Shown here piece by piece: positions 1 to 11,599 of a stretch of DNA of 64,000 nucleotides. A model generated the notes under the pieces. It was not told the DNA's origin. It did not search any database and saw nothing but the letters and a program-made list of their open reading frames with translations. Origin of the DNA: Eledone cirrhosa (taxonomy: Eukaryota); contig CAXHJY010000096.1 of assembly GCA_964016885.1 (NCBI GenBank), positions 2,170,001 through 2,234,000 of the forward strand, read 5' to 3'. How positions within the stretch are numbered: position 1 is the first letter of the stretch; every line of letters begins with the position of its first letter. A program made the position numbers and the translations under genes.

Positions 1-2150
1 GCGGAGATAATTTGTAAAAAAAATCAAGGGGAGATAATTTGCAGCCGTCCAAGGGGAGATAATTTTCAGTCGTCCAAGGAGAGGTAATTTCTAGCCGTCC
101 AAGGGGAGATAATTGCCAGCCGTCCAAGGGGAGATAATTTCCAGCCGTCCAAGGGGAGATAATTTTTTTTAAAAAATCAGGCGGTGATAATTTGTAAAAA
201 AAATCAGGGGGAGATAATTTGTAAACAAAATCAGGGGGAGATAATTTGTAAAAAAAAATCAGGGGGAGATAATTTGTAAAAAAAATCATGGAGAGATAAT
301 TTCCAGCCGTCCAAGGGGAGATAATTTCCAGCCTTCCAAGGAGACATATTTTCCAGCCGTCCAAGGCGAGGTAATTTCTAGCCGTCCAAGGGGAGATAAA
401 TTCCAGCCTCCAAGGGGAGATAATTTCCAGCCAGCCAAGTGGAGATAATTTGTAAAAAAATCAGGGGGAGATAATTTGTAAAAAATATCAGGGAGATAAT
501 TTGTAAAAAAAAATCAGGGGGAGATAATTTGTAAAAAAAATCAGGGGGAGATAATTTGTAAAAAAAAATCAGGGGGAGATAATTTGTAAAAAAAATCAAG
601 GGGAGATAATTTCCAGCCGTCCAAGGGGAGATAATTTTCAGCCGTCCAAGGGGAGATAATTTCCCGCCAGCCAAGGGAAGATAATATTTAAAAAAATCAG
701 GCGGAGATAATTTGTAAAAAAAATCAGGGGGAGATAATTTGTAAAAAAATCAGGGGGAGATAATTTGTAAAAAAAAAATCAGGGGGAGATAATTTGTAAA
801 AAAAATCAGGGGGAGATAATTTGTAAAAAAAAATCAGGGGTAGATAATTTGTAAACAAAAATCAGGGGGAGATAATTTGTAAAAAAAAATCAGGGGGAGA
901 TAATTTGTAAAAAAAATGAAAGGGGAGATAATATCCAGCCGTCCAAGGGGAGATAATTTCCAGCCGTCCAAGGGGATATAATTTCCAGCCGTCCAAGGGG
1001 AGATAATTTCCATCCTTCCAAGGGGATATAATTTCCAGCCGTCCAAGGGGAGATAATTTCCCGCCAGCCAAGGGAAGATAATTTTTAAAAAAATCAGGCG
1101 GAGATTGTAAAAAAAATCAGGGGGGAGATAATTTGTAAAAAAATCAGGGGGAGATAATTTGTAAAAAATAATCAGGGGGAGATAATTTGTAAAAAAATTC
1201 AAGGGGAGATAATTTCCAGCCGTCCAAGGGGAGATAATTTCCCGCCAGCCAAGGGAAGATAATATTTAAAAAAATCAGGCGGAGATTGTAAAAAAAATCA
1301 GGGGGGAGATAATTTGTAAAAAAATCAGGGGGAGATAATTTGTAAAAAAAATCAGGGGGAGATAATTTGTAAAAAAATCAGGGGGAGATAATTTGTAAAA
1401 AAAATCAGGGGGAGATAATTTGTAAAAAAAATCATGGGGAGATAATTTGTAAAAAGAAATCAGGGGTAGATAATTTGTAAAAAAAAATCAGGGGGAGATA
1501 ATTTGTAAAAAAAAATCAGGGGGAGATAATTTGTAAAAAAAATCAAGGGGAGATAATATCCAGCCGTCCAAGGAGAGATAATTTCAAAAAAAAATGAGGC
1601 GGAGATAATTTGTAAAAAAAAAATCAGGGGGAGTTAATTTGTAAAAAAAAATGAGGGGGAGATAATTTGTAAAAAAAATCAAGGGGAGATAATTTCCAGC
1701 CGTCCAAGGGGAGATAATTTTCAGCCGTCCAAGGAGAGGTAATTTCTAGCCGTCCAAGGGGAGATAATTTCCAGCCGTCCAAGGGGAGGTAATTTCCAGC
1801 CGTCCAAGGGGAGATAATTTAAAAAAAAAAATCAGGCGGAGATAATTTGTAAAAAAAATCAGGGGGAGATAATTTGTAAACAAAATCAGGGGGAGATAAT
1901 TTGTAAAAAAACATCAGGGGGAGATAATTTGTAAAAAAAATTAGGCGTAGATAATTTGTAAAAAAAAATCAGGGGGAGATAATTTGTAAAAAAAAATCAG
2001 GGGGAGATAATTTGTTTAAAAAATCAAGGGGAGATAATTTGCAGCCGTCCAAGGGGAGATAATTTTCAGCCGTCCAAGGAGAGGTAATTTCTAGCCGTTC
2101 AAGGGGAGATAATTTCCAGCCGTCCAAGGGGAGATAATTTCCAGCCGTCC
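1..2150. repeat. Segment duplicated at ~8975-11125 (offset 8974) and ~30594-32700
   Basis: Shared rare variants: GCGGTGATAA (181/9155), AAAAAGAAATC (~1451/10425), TTTCAAAAAAAAATGAGG (~1582/10556) and AAAAAAACATC (~1905/10879). ORFs 378 and 834 match 9352 and 9808. Confidence 0.9.
703..923 (+). repeat. Example type A block: GGAGATAATTTGT(A)nTCAGGG monomers with A-tract lengths 8,7,10,8,9...
   Basis: Read directly: successive GGAGATAATTTGT-An-TCAGGG units, the last ending in the TGAAAGG variant before a B block. Confidence 0.95.
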
Positions 2151-2970
2151 AAGGGGAGATAATTTTTTTTAAAAAATCAGGCGGAGATAATTTGTAAAAA
2201 AAATCAGGGGGAGATAATTTGTAAACAAAATCAGGGGGAGATAATTTGTAAAAAAAAATCAGGGGGAGATAATTTGTAAAAAAAATCATGGAGAGATAAT
2301 TTCCAGCCGTCCAAGGGGAGATAATTTCCAGCCTTCCAAGGAGACATATTTTCCAGCCGTCCAAGGCGAGGTAATTTCTAGCCGTCCAAGGGGAGATAAA
2401 TTCCAGCCTCCAAGGGGAGATAATTTCCAGCCAGCCAAGTGGAGATAATTTGTAAAAAAATCAGGGGGAGATAATTTGTAAAAAATATCAGGGAGATAAT
2501 TTGTAAAAAAAAATCAGGGGGAGATAATTTGTAAAAAAAATCAGGGGGAGATAATTTGTAAAAAAAAATCAGGGGGAGATAATTTGTAAAAAAAATCAAG
2601 GGGAGATAATTTCCAGCCGTCCAAGGGGAGATAATTTTCAGCCGTCCAAGGGGAGATAATTTCCCGCCAGCCAAGGGAAGATAATATTTAAAAAAATCAG
2701 GCGGAGATAATTTGTAAAAAAAATCAGGGGGAGATAATTTGTAAAAAAATCAGGGGGAGATAATTTGTAAAAAAAAAATCAGGGGGAGATAATTTGTAAA
2801 AAAAATCAGGGGGAGATAATTTGTAAAAAAAAATCAGGGGTAGATAATTTGTAAACAAAAATCAGGGGGAGATAATTTGTAAAAAAAAATCAGGGGGAGA
2901 TAATTTGTAAAAAAAATGAAAGGGGAGATAATATCCAGCCGTCCAAGGGGAGATAATTTCCAGCCGTCCA
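2121..2970. repeat. Copy of ~121-970 at an offset of 2000 bp
   Basis: Identical ORF at 378..674 and 2378..2674. Markers CATGGAGAG (287/2287), CCTTCCAAGGAGACAT, CCAAGTGG and TGAAAGG (917/2917) are all at +2000. Confidence 0.9.
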
Positions 2971-5900
2971 AGGAGACATATTTTCCAGCCGTCCAAGGAG
3001 AGGTAATTCCTAGCCGTCCAAGGGGAGATAAATTCCAGCCTCCAAGGGGAGATAATTTGTAAAAAAAATCAGGGGGAGATAATTTGTAAAAAAAATCAGG
3101 GGGAGATAATTTGTAAAAAAAATCAGGGGGAGATAATTTGTAAAAAAAAATCAGGGGTAGATAATTTGTAAAAAATAATCAGGGGGAGATAATTTGTAAA
3201 AAAAATCAAGGGGAGATAATTTCCAGCCGTCCAAGGGGAGATAATTTTCAGCCGTCCAAGGGGAGATAATTTCCCGCCAGCCAAGGGAAGATAATATTTA
3301 AAAAAATTAGGCGGAGATAATTTGTAAAAAAAATCAGGGGTAGATAATTTGTAAAAAAATCAGGGGGAGATAATTTGTAAAAAAAATCAGGGGGAGATAA
3401 TTTGTAAAAAAAATCAGGGGGAGATAATTTGTAAAAAAAAATCAGGGGGAGATAATTTGTAAAAAAATTCAAGGGGAGATAATTTCCAGCCGTCCAAGGG
3501 AAGATAATTTCCAGCCCTCCAAGGGGCTATAATTTCCAGCGTCCAAGGGGAGATAATTTCCAGCCAGCGAAGGGGAGATAATTTTTTTTAAAAAATCATT
3601 GGGAGATTTGTAAAAAAAATCAGGGGGAGATAATTTGTAAAAAAAATCAAGGGGAGATAATTTCCAGCCGTCCAAGGGGAGGTAATATCTAGCCGTCCAA
3701 GGGGAGATAATTTCCAGCCGTCCAAGGGGAGATAATTTCCAGCCGTCCAAGGGTAGATAATATCCAGCCGTCCAAGGACATATTTTCCAGCCGTCCAAGG
3801 AGAGGTAATTTCTAGCCGTCCAAGGGGAGATAAATTCCAGCCTCCAAGGTGAGATAATTTCCAGCCAGCCAAGGGGAGATAATTTGTAAAAAAATCAGGG
3901 GGAGATAATTTGTAAAAAAAATCAGGGGGAGATAATTTGTAAAAAAAAATCAGGGGGAGATAATTTGTAAAAAAAAATCAGGGGGAGATAATTTGTAAAA
4001 AAAAATCAGGGGGAGATAATTTGTAAAAAAATCAAGGGGAGATAATTTCCAGCCGTCCAAGGGGAGATAATTTTCAGCCGTCCAAGGGGAGATAATTTCC
4101 CGCCAGCCAAGGGAAGATAATATTTGAAAAAATCAGGCGGAGATAATTTGTAAAAAAAATCAGGGGGAGATAATTTGTAAAAAAATCAGGGGGAGATAAT
4201 TTGTAAAAAAAAAATCATGGGGAGATAATTTGTAAAAAAAATCAGGGGGAGATAATTTGTAAAAAAAAATCAGGGGTAGATAAATTGTAAAAAAAAATCA
4301 GGGGGAGATAATTTGTAAAAAAAATCAGGGGGAGATAATTTGTAAAAAAAATGAAAGGGGAGATAATATCCAGCCGTCCAAGGGGAGATAATTTCCAGCC
4401 GTCCAAGGGGAGATAATTTCCAGCCGTCCAAGGGGAGATAATTTCCATCCTTCCAAGGGGATATAATTTCCAGCCGTCCAAGGGGAGATAATTTCCCGCC
4501 AGCCAAGGGAAGATAATTTTTAAAAAAATCAGGCGGAGATTGTAAAAAAAATCAGGGGGGAGATAATTTGTAAAAAAATCAGGGGGAGATAATTTGTAAA
4601 AAAAAATCAGGGGGAGATAATTTGTAAAAAATAATCAGGGGGAGATAATTTGTAAAAAAAAATCAAGGGGAGATAATTTCCAGCCGTCCAAGGGGAGGTA
4701 ATATCTAGCCGTCCAAGGGGAGATAATTTCCAGCCGTCCAACGGGAGATAATTTCCAGCCGTCCATGGGTAGATAATATCCAGCCGCCCAAGGACATATT
4801 TTCCAGCCGTCCAAGGAGAGGTAATTTCTAGCCGTCCAAGGGGAGATAATTACAGCCGTCCAAGGGTAGATAATATCCAGCCGTCCAAGGACATATTTTC
4901 CAGCCGTCCAAGGAGAGGTAATTTCTAGCCGTCCAAGGGGAGATAAATTCCAGCCTCCAAGGGGAGATAATTTCCAGCCAGCCAAGGGGAGATAATTTGT
5001 AAAAAAATCAGGGGGAGATAATTTGTAAAAAAAATCAGGGGGAGATAATTTGTAAAAAAAAATCAGGGGGAGATAATTTGTAAAAAAAAATCAGGGGGAG
5101 ATAATTTGCAAAAAAAATCAGGGGGAGATAATTTGTAAAAAAAAATCAGGGGTAGATAATTTGTAAAAAAAAATCAGGGGGAGATAATTTGTAAAAAAAA
5201 ATCAGGGGGAGATAATTTGTAAAAAAAATCAAGGGGAGATAATTTCCAGCCGTCCAAGGGAAGATAATTTCCAGCCCTCCAAGGGGCTATAATTTCCAGC
5301 GTCCAAGGGGAGATAATTTCCAGCCAGCGAAGGGGAGATAATTTTTTTTAAAAAATCATTGGGAGATTTGTAAAAAAAATCAGGGGGAGATAATTTGTAA
5401 AAAAAATCAAGGGGAGATAATTTCCAGCCGTCCAAGGGGAGGTAATATCTAGCCGTCCAAGGGGAGATAATTTCCAGCCGTCCAACGGGAGATAATTTCC
5501 AGCCGTCCATGGGTAGATAATATCCAGCCGCCCAAGGACATATTTTCCAGCCGTCCAAGGAGAGGTAATTTCTAGCCGTCCAAGGGGAGATAATTTCCAG
5601 CCGTCCAAGGGTAGATAATATCCAGCCGTCCAAGGACATATTTTCCAGCCGTCCAAGGAGAGGTAATTTCTAGCCGTCCAAGGGGAGATAAATTCCAGCC
5701 TCCAAGGGGAGATAATTTCCAGCCAGCCAAGGGGAGATAATTTGTAAAAAAATCAGGGGGAGATAATTTGTAAAAAAAATCAGGGGGAGATAATTTGTAA
5801 AAAAAAATCAGGGGGAGATAATTTGTAAAAAAAAATCAGGGGGAGATAATTTGCAAAAAAAATCAGGGGGAGATAATTTGTATAAAAAAATCAGGGGTAG

Positions 5901-6569
5901 ATAATTTGTAAAAAAAAACAGGGGGAGATAATTTGTAAAAAAAAATCAGGGGGAGATAATTTGTAAAAAAAATCAAGGGGAGATAATTTCCAGCCGTCCA
6001 AGGAGAGATAATTTAAAAAAAAAATCAGGCGGAGATAATTTGTAAAAAAAAATCAGGGGGAGATAATTTGTAAAAAAAATCAGGGGGAGATAATTTGTAA
6101 AAAAAAATCAGGGGTAGATAATTTGTAAAAAAAAATCAGGGGGAGATAATTTGTAAAAAAAATCAAGGGGAGATAATTTCCAGCCGTCCAAGGAGAGATA
6201 ATTTAAAAAAAAATCAGGGGGAGATAATTTGTAAAAAAAATCAAGGGGAGATAATTTCCAGCCGTCCAAGGGGAGATAATTTTCAGCCGTCCAAGGGGAG
6301 ATAATTTCCCGCCAGCCAAGGGAAGATAATATTCAAAAAAATCAGGCGGAGATAATTTGTAAAAAAAATCAGGGGGAGATAATTTGTAAAAAAATCAGGG
6401 GGAGATAATTTGTAAAAAAAAAAATCAGGGGGAGATAATTTGTAAAAAAAATCAGGGGGAGATAATTTGTAAAAAAAAATCAGGGGTAGATAATTTGTAA
6501 AAAAAAATCAGGGGGAGATAATTTGTAAAAAAAAATCAGGGGGAGATAATTTGTAAAAAAAATGAAAGG

Positions 6570-6968
6570 GGAGATAATATCCAGCCGTCCAAGGGGAGAT
6601 AATTTCCAGCCGTCCAAGGGGAGATAATTTCCAGCCGTCCAAGGGGAGATAATTTCCATCCTTCCAAGGGGATATAATTTCCAGCCGTCCAAGGGGAGAT
6701 AATTTCCATCCTTCCAAGGGGATATAATTTCCAGCCGTCCAAGGGGAGATAATTTTCAGCCGTCCAAGGAGAGGTAATTTCTAGCCGTCCAAGGAGAGAT
6801 AATTTCCAGCCGTCCAAGGGGAGATAATTTCCAGCCGTCCAAGGGGAGATAATTTCCAGCCGTCCAAGGAGACATATTTTCCAGCCGTCCAAGGAGAGGT
6901 AATTCCTAGCCGTCCAAGGGGAGATAAATTCCAGCCTCCAAGGGGAGATAATTTCCAGCCAGCCAAGG
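6570..6968 (+). repeat. Example long type B block: about 16 copies of the 25-bp GGAGATAATTTCCAGCCGTCCAAGG monomer and its variants
   Basis: Read directly. The same long block recurs at ~13440, 17480, 24295, 28190, 35000, 39050, 45855, 52580, 59395, 60705 and 61485 (matching ORF-track entries). Confidence 0.93.
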
Positions 6969-9900
6969 GGAGATAATTTGTAAAAAAAATCAGGGGGAGA
7001 TAATTTGTAAAAAAAATCAGGGGGAGATAATTTGTAAAGAAATCAGGGGGAGATAATTTGTAAAAAAAAATCAGGGGGAGATAATTTGTAAAAAAAATCA
7101 GGGGGAGATAATTTGTAAAAAAAAATCAGGGGGAGATAATTTGTAAAAAAAATCAAGGGGAGATAATTTCCAGCCGTCCAAGGGAAGATAATTTCCAGCC
7201 CTCCAAGGGGCTATAATTTCCAGCGTCCAAGGGGAGATAATTTCCAGCCAGCGAAGGGGAGATAATTTTTTTAAAAAAATCATTGGGAGATTTGTAAAAA
7301 AATCAGGGGGAGATAATTTGTAAAAAAAATCAAGGGGAGATAATTACCAGCCGTCCAAGGGGAGGTAATATCTAGCCGTCCAAGGGGTGATAATTTCCAG
7401 CCGTCCAAGGGGAGATAATTTCCAGCCGTCCAAGGGTAGATAATATCCAGCCGTCCAAGGACATATTTTCCAGCCGTCCAAGGAGAGGTAATTTCTAGCC
7501 GTCCAAGGGGAGATAAATTCCAGCCTCCAAGGTGAGATAATTTCCAGCCAGCCAAGGGGAGATAATTTGTAAAAAAAAATCAGGGGGAGATAATTTGTAA
7601 AAAAAATCAAGGGGAGATAATTTCCAGCCGTCCAAGGGGAGATAATTTTCAGCCGTCCAAGGGGAGATAATTTCCCGCCAGCCAAGGGAAGATAATATTT
7701 AAAAAAATCAGGCGGAGATAATTTGTAAAAAAAATCAGGGGGAGATAATTTGTAAAAAAATCAGGGGGAGATAATTTGTAAAAAAAAAATCAGGGGGAGA
7801 TAATTTGTAAAAAAAATCAGGGGGAGATAATTTGTAAAAAAAAATCAGGGGTAGATGAATTGTAAAAAAAAATCAGGGGGAGATAATTTGTAAAAAAAAT
7901 CAGGGGGAGATAATTTGTAAAAAAAATGAAAGGGGAGATAATATCCAGCCGTCCAAGGGGAGATAATTTCCAGCCGTCCAAGGGGAGATAATTTCCAGCC
8001 GTCCAAGGGGAGATAATTTCCATCCTTCCAAGGGGATATAATTTCCAGCCGTCCAAGGGGAGATAATTTCCCGCCAGCCAAGATAAGATAATATTTAAAA
8101 AAATTAGGCGGAGATAATTTGTAAAAAAAATCAGGGGGAGATAATTTGTAAAAAATCAGGGGGAGATAATTTGTAAAAAAAATCAGGGGGAGATAATTTG
8201 TAAAAAAAATCATGGGGAGATAATTTGTAAAAAAAAATCAGGGGTAGATAATTTGTAAAAAAAAATCAGGGGGAGATAATTTGTAAAAAAAAATCAGGGG
8301 GAGATAATTTGTAAAAAAAATCAAGGGGAGATAATTTCCAGCCGTCCAAGGGGAGATAATTTTCAGCCGTCCAAGGAGAGGTAATTTCTAGCCGTCCAAG
8401 GGGAGATAATTTCCAGCCGTCCAAGGGGAGGTAATTTCCAGCCGTCCAAGGGGAGATAATTTTAAAAAAAAAATCAGGCGGAGATAATTTGTAAAAAAAA
8501 TCAAGGGGAGATAATTTGCAGCCGTCCAAGGGGAGATAATTTTCAGTCGTCCAAGGAGAGGTAATTTCTAGCCGTCCAAGGGGAGATAATTGCCAGCCGT
8601 CCAAGGGGAGATAATTTCCAGCCGTCCAAGGGGAGATAATTTTTTTTAAAAAATCAGGCGGAGATAATTTGTAAAAAAAATCAGGGGGAGATAATTTGTA
8701 AACAAAATCAGGGGGAGATAATTTGTAAAAAAAAATCAGGGGTAGATAATTTGTAAAAAAAAATCAGGGGGAGATAATTTGTAAAAAAAAATCAGGGGGA
8801 GATAATTTGTAAAAAAAATCAAGGGGAGATAATTTCCAGCCGTCCAAGGGGAGATAATTTTCAGCCGTCCAAGGAGAGGTAATTTCTAGCCGTCCAAGGG
8901 GAGATAATTTCCAGCCGTCCAAGAGGAGGTAATTTCCAGCCGTCCAAGGGGAGATAATTTTAAAAAAAAATCAGGCGGAGATAATTTGTAAAAAAAATCA
9001 AGGGGAGATAATTTGCAGCCGTCCAAGGGGAGATAATTTTCAGTCGTCCAAGGAGAGGTAATTTCTAGCCGTCCAAGGGGAGATAATTGCCAGCCGTCCA
9101 AGGGGAGATAATTTCCAGCCGTCCAAGGGGAGATAATTTTTTTTAAAAAATCAGGCGGTGATAATTTGTAAAAAAAATCAGGGGGAGATAATTTGTAAAC
9201 AAAATCAGGGGGAGATAATTTGTAAAAAAAAATCAGGGGGAGATAATTTGTAAAAAAAATCATGGAGAGATAATTTCCAGCCGTCCAAGGGGAGATAATT
9301 TCCAGCCTTCCAAGGAGACATATTTTCCAGCCGTCCAAGGCGAGGTAATTTCTAGCCGTCCAAGGGGAGATAAATTCCAGCCTCCAAGGGGAGATAATTT
9401 CCAGCCAGCCAAGTGGAGATAATTTGTAAAAAAATCAGGGGGAGATAATTTGTAAAAAATATCAGGGAGATAATTTGTAAAAAAAAATCAGGGGGAGATA
9501 ATTTGTAAAAAAAATCAGGGGGAGATAATTTGTAAAAAAAAATCAGGGGGAGATAATTTGTAAAAAAAATCAAGGGGAGATAATTTCCAGCCGTCCAAGG
9601 GGAGATAATTTTCAGCCGTCCAAGGGGAGATAATTTCCCGCCAGCCAAGGGAAGATAATATTTAAAAAAATCAGGCGGAGATAATTTGTAAAAAAAATCA
9701 GGGGGAGATAATTTGTAAAAAAATCAGGGGGAGATAATTTGTAAAAAAAAAATCAGGGGGAGATAATTTGTAAAAAAAATCAGGGGGAGATAATTTGTAA
9801 AAAAAAATCAGGGGTAGATAATTTGTAAACAAAAATCAGGGGGAGATAATTTGTAAAAAAAAATCAGGGGGAGATAATTTGTAAAAAAAATGAAAGGGGA

Positions 9901-11599
9901 GATAATATCCAGCCGTCCAAGGGGAGATAATTTCCAGCCGTCCAAGGGGATATAATTTCCAGCCGTCCAAGGGGAGATAATTTCCATCCTTCCAAGGGGA
10001 TATAATTTCCAGCCGTCCAAGGGGAGATAATTTCCCGCCAGCCAAGGGAAGATAATTTTTAAAAAAATCAGGCGGAGATTGTAAAAAAAATCAGGGGGGA
10101 GATAATTTGTAAAAAAATCAGGGGGAGATAATTTGTAAAAAATAATCAGGGGGAGATAATTTGTAAAAAAATTCAAGGGGAGATAATTTCCAGCCGTCCA
10201 AGGGGAGATAATTTCCCGCCAGCCAAGGGAAGATAATATTTAAAAAAATCAGGCGGAGATTGTAAAAAAAATCAGGGGGGAGATAATTTGTAAAAAAATC
10301 AGGGGGAGATAATTTGTAAAAAAAATCAGGGGGAGATAATTTGTAAAAAAATCAGGGGGAGATAATTTGTAAAAAAAATCAGGGGGAGATAATTTGTAAA
10401 AAAAATCATGGGGAGATAATTTGTAAAAAGAAATCAGGGGTAGATAATTTGTAAAAAAAAATCAGGGGGAGATAATTTGTAAAAAAAAATCAGGGGGAGA
10501 TAATTTGTAAAAAAAATCAAGGGGAGATAATATCCAGCCGTCCAAGGAGAGATAATTTCAAAAAAAAATGAGGCGGAGATAATTTGTAAAAAAAAAATCA
10601 GGGGGAGTTAATTTGTAAAAAAAAATGAGGGGGAGATAATTTGTAAAAAAAATCAAGGGGAGATAATTTCCAGCCGTCCAAGGGGAGATAATTTTCAGCC
10701 GTCCAAGGAGAGGTAATTTCTAGCCGTCCAAGGGGAGATAATTTCCAGCCGTCCAAGGGGAGGTAATTTCCAGCCGTCCAAGGGGAGATAATTTAAAAAA
10801 AAAAATCAGGCGGAGATAATTTGTAAAAAAAATCAGGGGGAGATAATTTGTAAACAAAATCAGGGGGAGATAATTTGTAAAAAAACATCAGGGGGAGATA
10901 ATTTGTAAAAAAAATTAGGCGTAGATAATTTGTAAAAAAAAATCAGGGGGAGATAATTTGTAAAAAAAAATCAGGGGGAGATAATTTGTTTAAAAAATCA
11001 AGGGGAGATAATTTGCAGCCGTCCAAGGGGAGATAATTTTCAGCCGTCCAAGGAGAGGTAATTTCTAGCCGTTCAAGGGGAGATAATTTCCAGCCGTCCA
11101 AGGGGAGATAATTTCCAGCCGTCCAAGGGGAGATAATTTTTTTTTAAAAATCAGGCGGAGATAATTTGTAAAAAAAAATCAGGGGGAGATAATTCGTAAA
11201 AAAAAATCAGGGGGAGATAATTTGTAAAAAAAAATCAGGGGGAGATAATTTGTAAAAAAAATCAAGGGGAGATAATTTCCAGCCGTCCAAGGGGAGGTAA
11301 TATCTAGCCGTCCAAGGGGAGATAATTTCCAGCCGTCCAAGGGGAGATAATTTCCAGCCGTCCAAGGGGAGATAATTTCCAGCCGTCCAAGGAGACATAT
11401 TTTCCAGCCGTCCAAGGCGAGGTAATTTCTAGCCGTCCAAGGGGAGATAAATTCCAGCCTCCAAGGGGAGATAATTTCCAGCCAGCCAAGGGGAGATAAT
11501 TTGTAAAAAAATCAGGGGGAGATAATTTGTAAAAAATATCAGGGAGATAATTTGTAAAAAAAAATCAGGGGGAGATAATTTGTAAAAAAAATCAGGGGG

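Noticed and set aside
161-177. T-run/A-run palindromes (TTTTTTTAAAAAA) as terminators or transposon ends
   Set aside because: These are junction variants of the A monomer (loss of the G in TTTGTAAA). There is no GC stem, no upstream gene and no associated element or target-site duplication.
600-614. NF-kB/Rel-like site (GGGG...TTTCC)
   Set aside because: The spacing between the G-run and TTCC is too long for the 10-11 bp kB consensus.
121-2970. Exactly 2000-bp offset as a sign of synthetic or artefactual sequence
   Set aside because: Other subunit spacings scatter around 1.8-2.1 kb and the copies differ (GCGGTG at 181 vs GCGGAG at 2181), so the round number is most likely coincidence.
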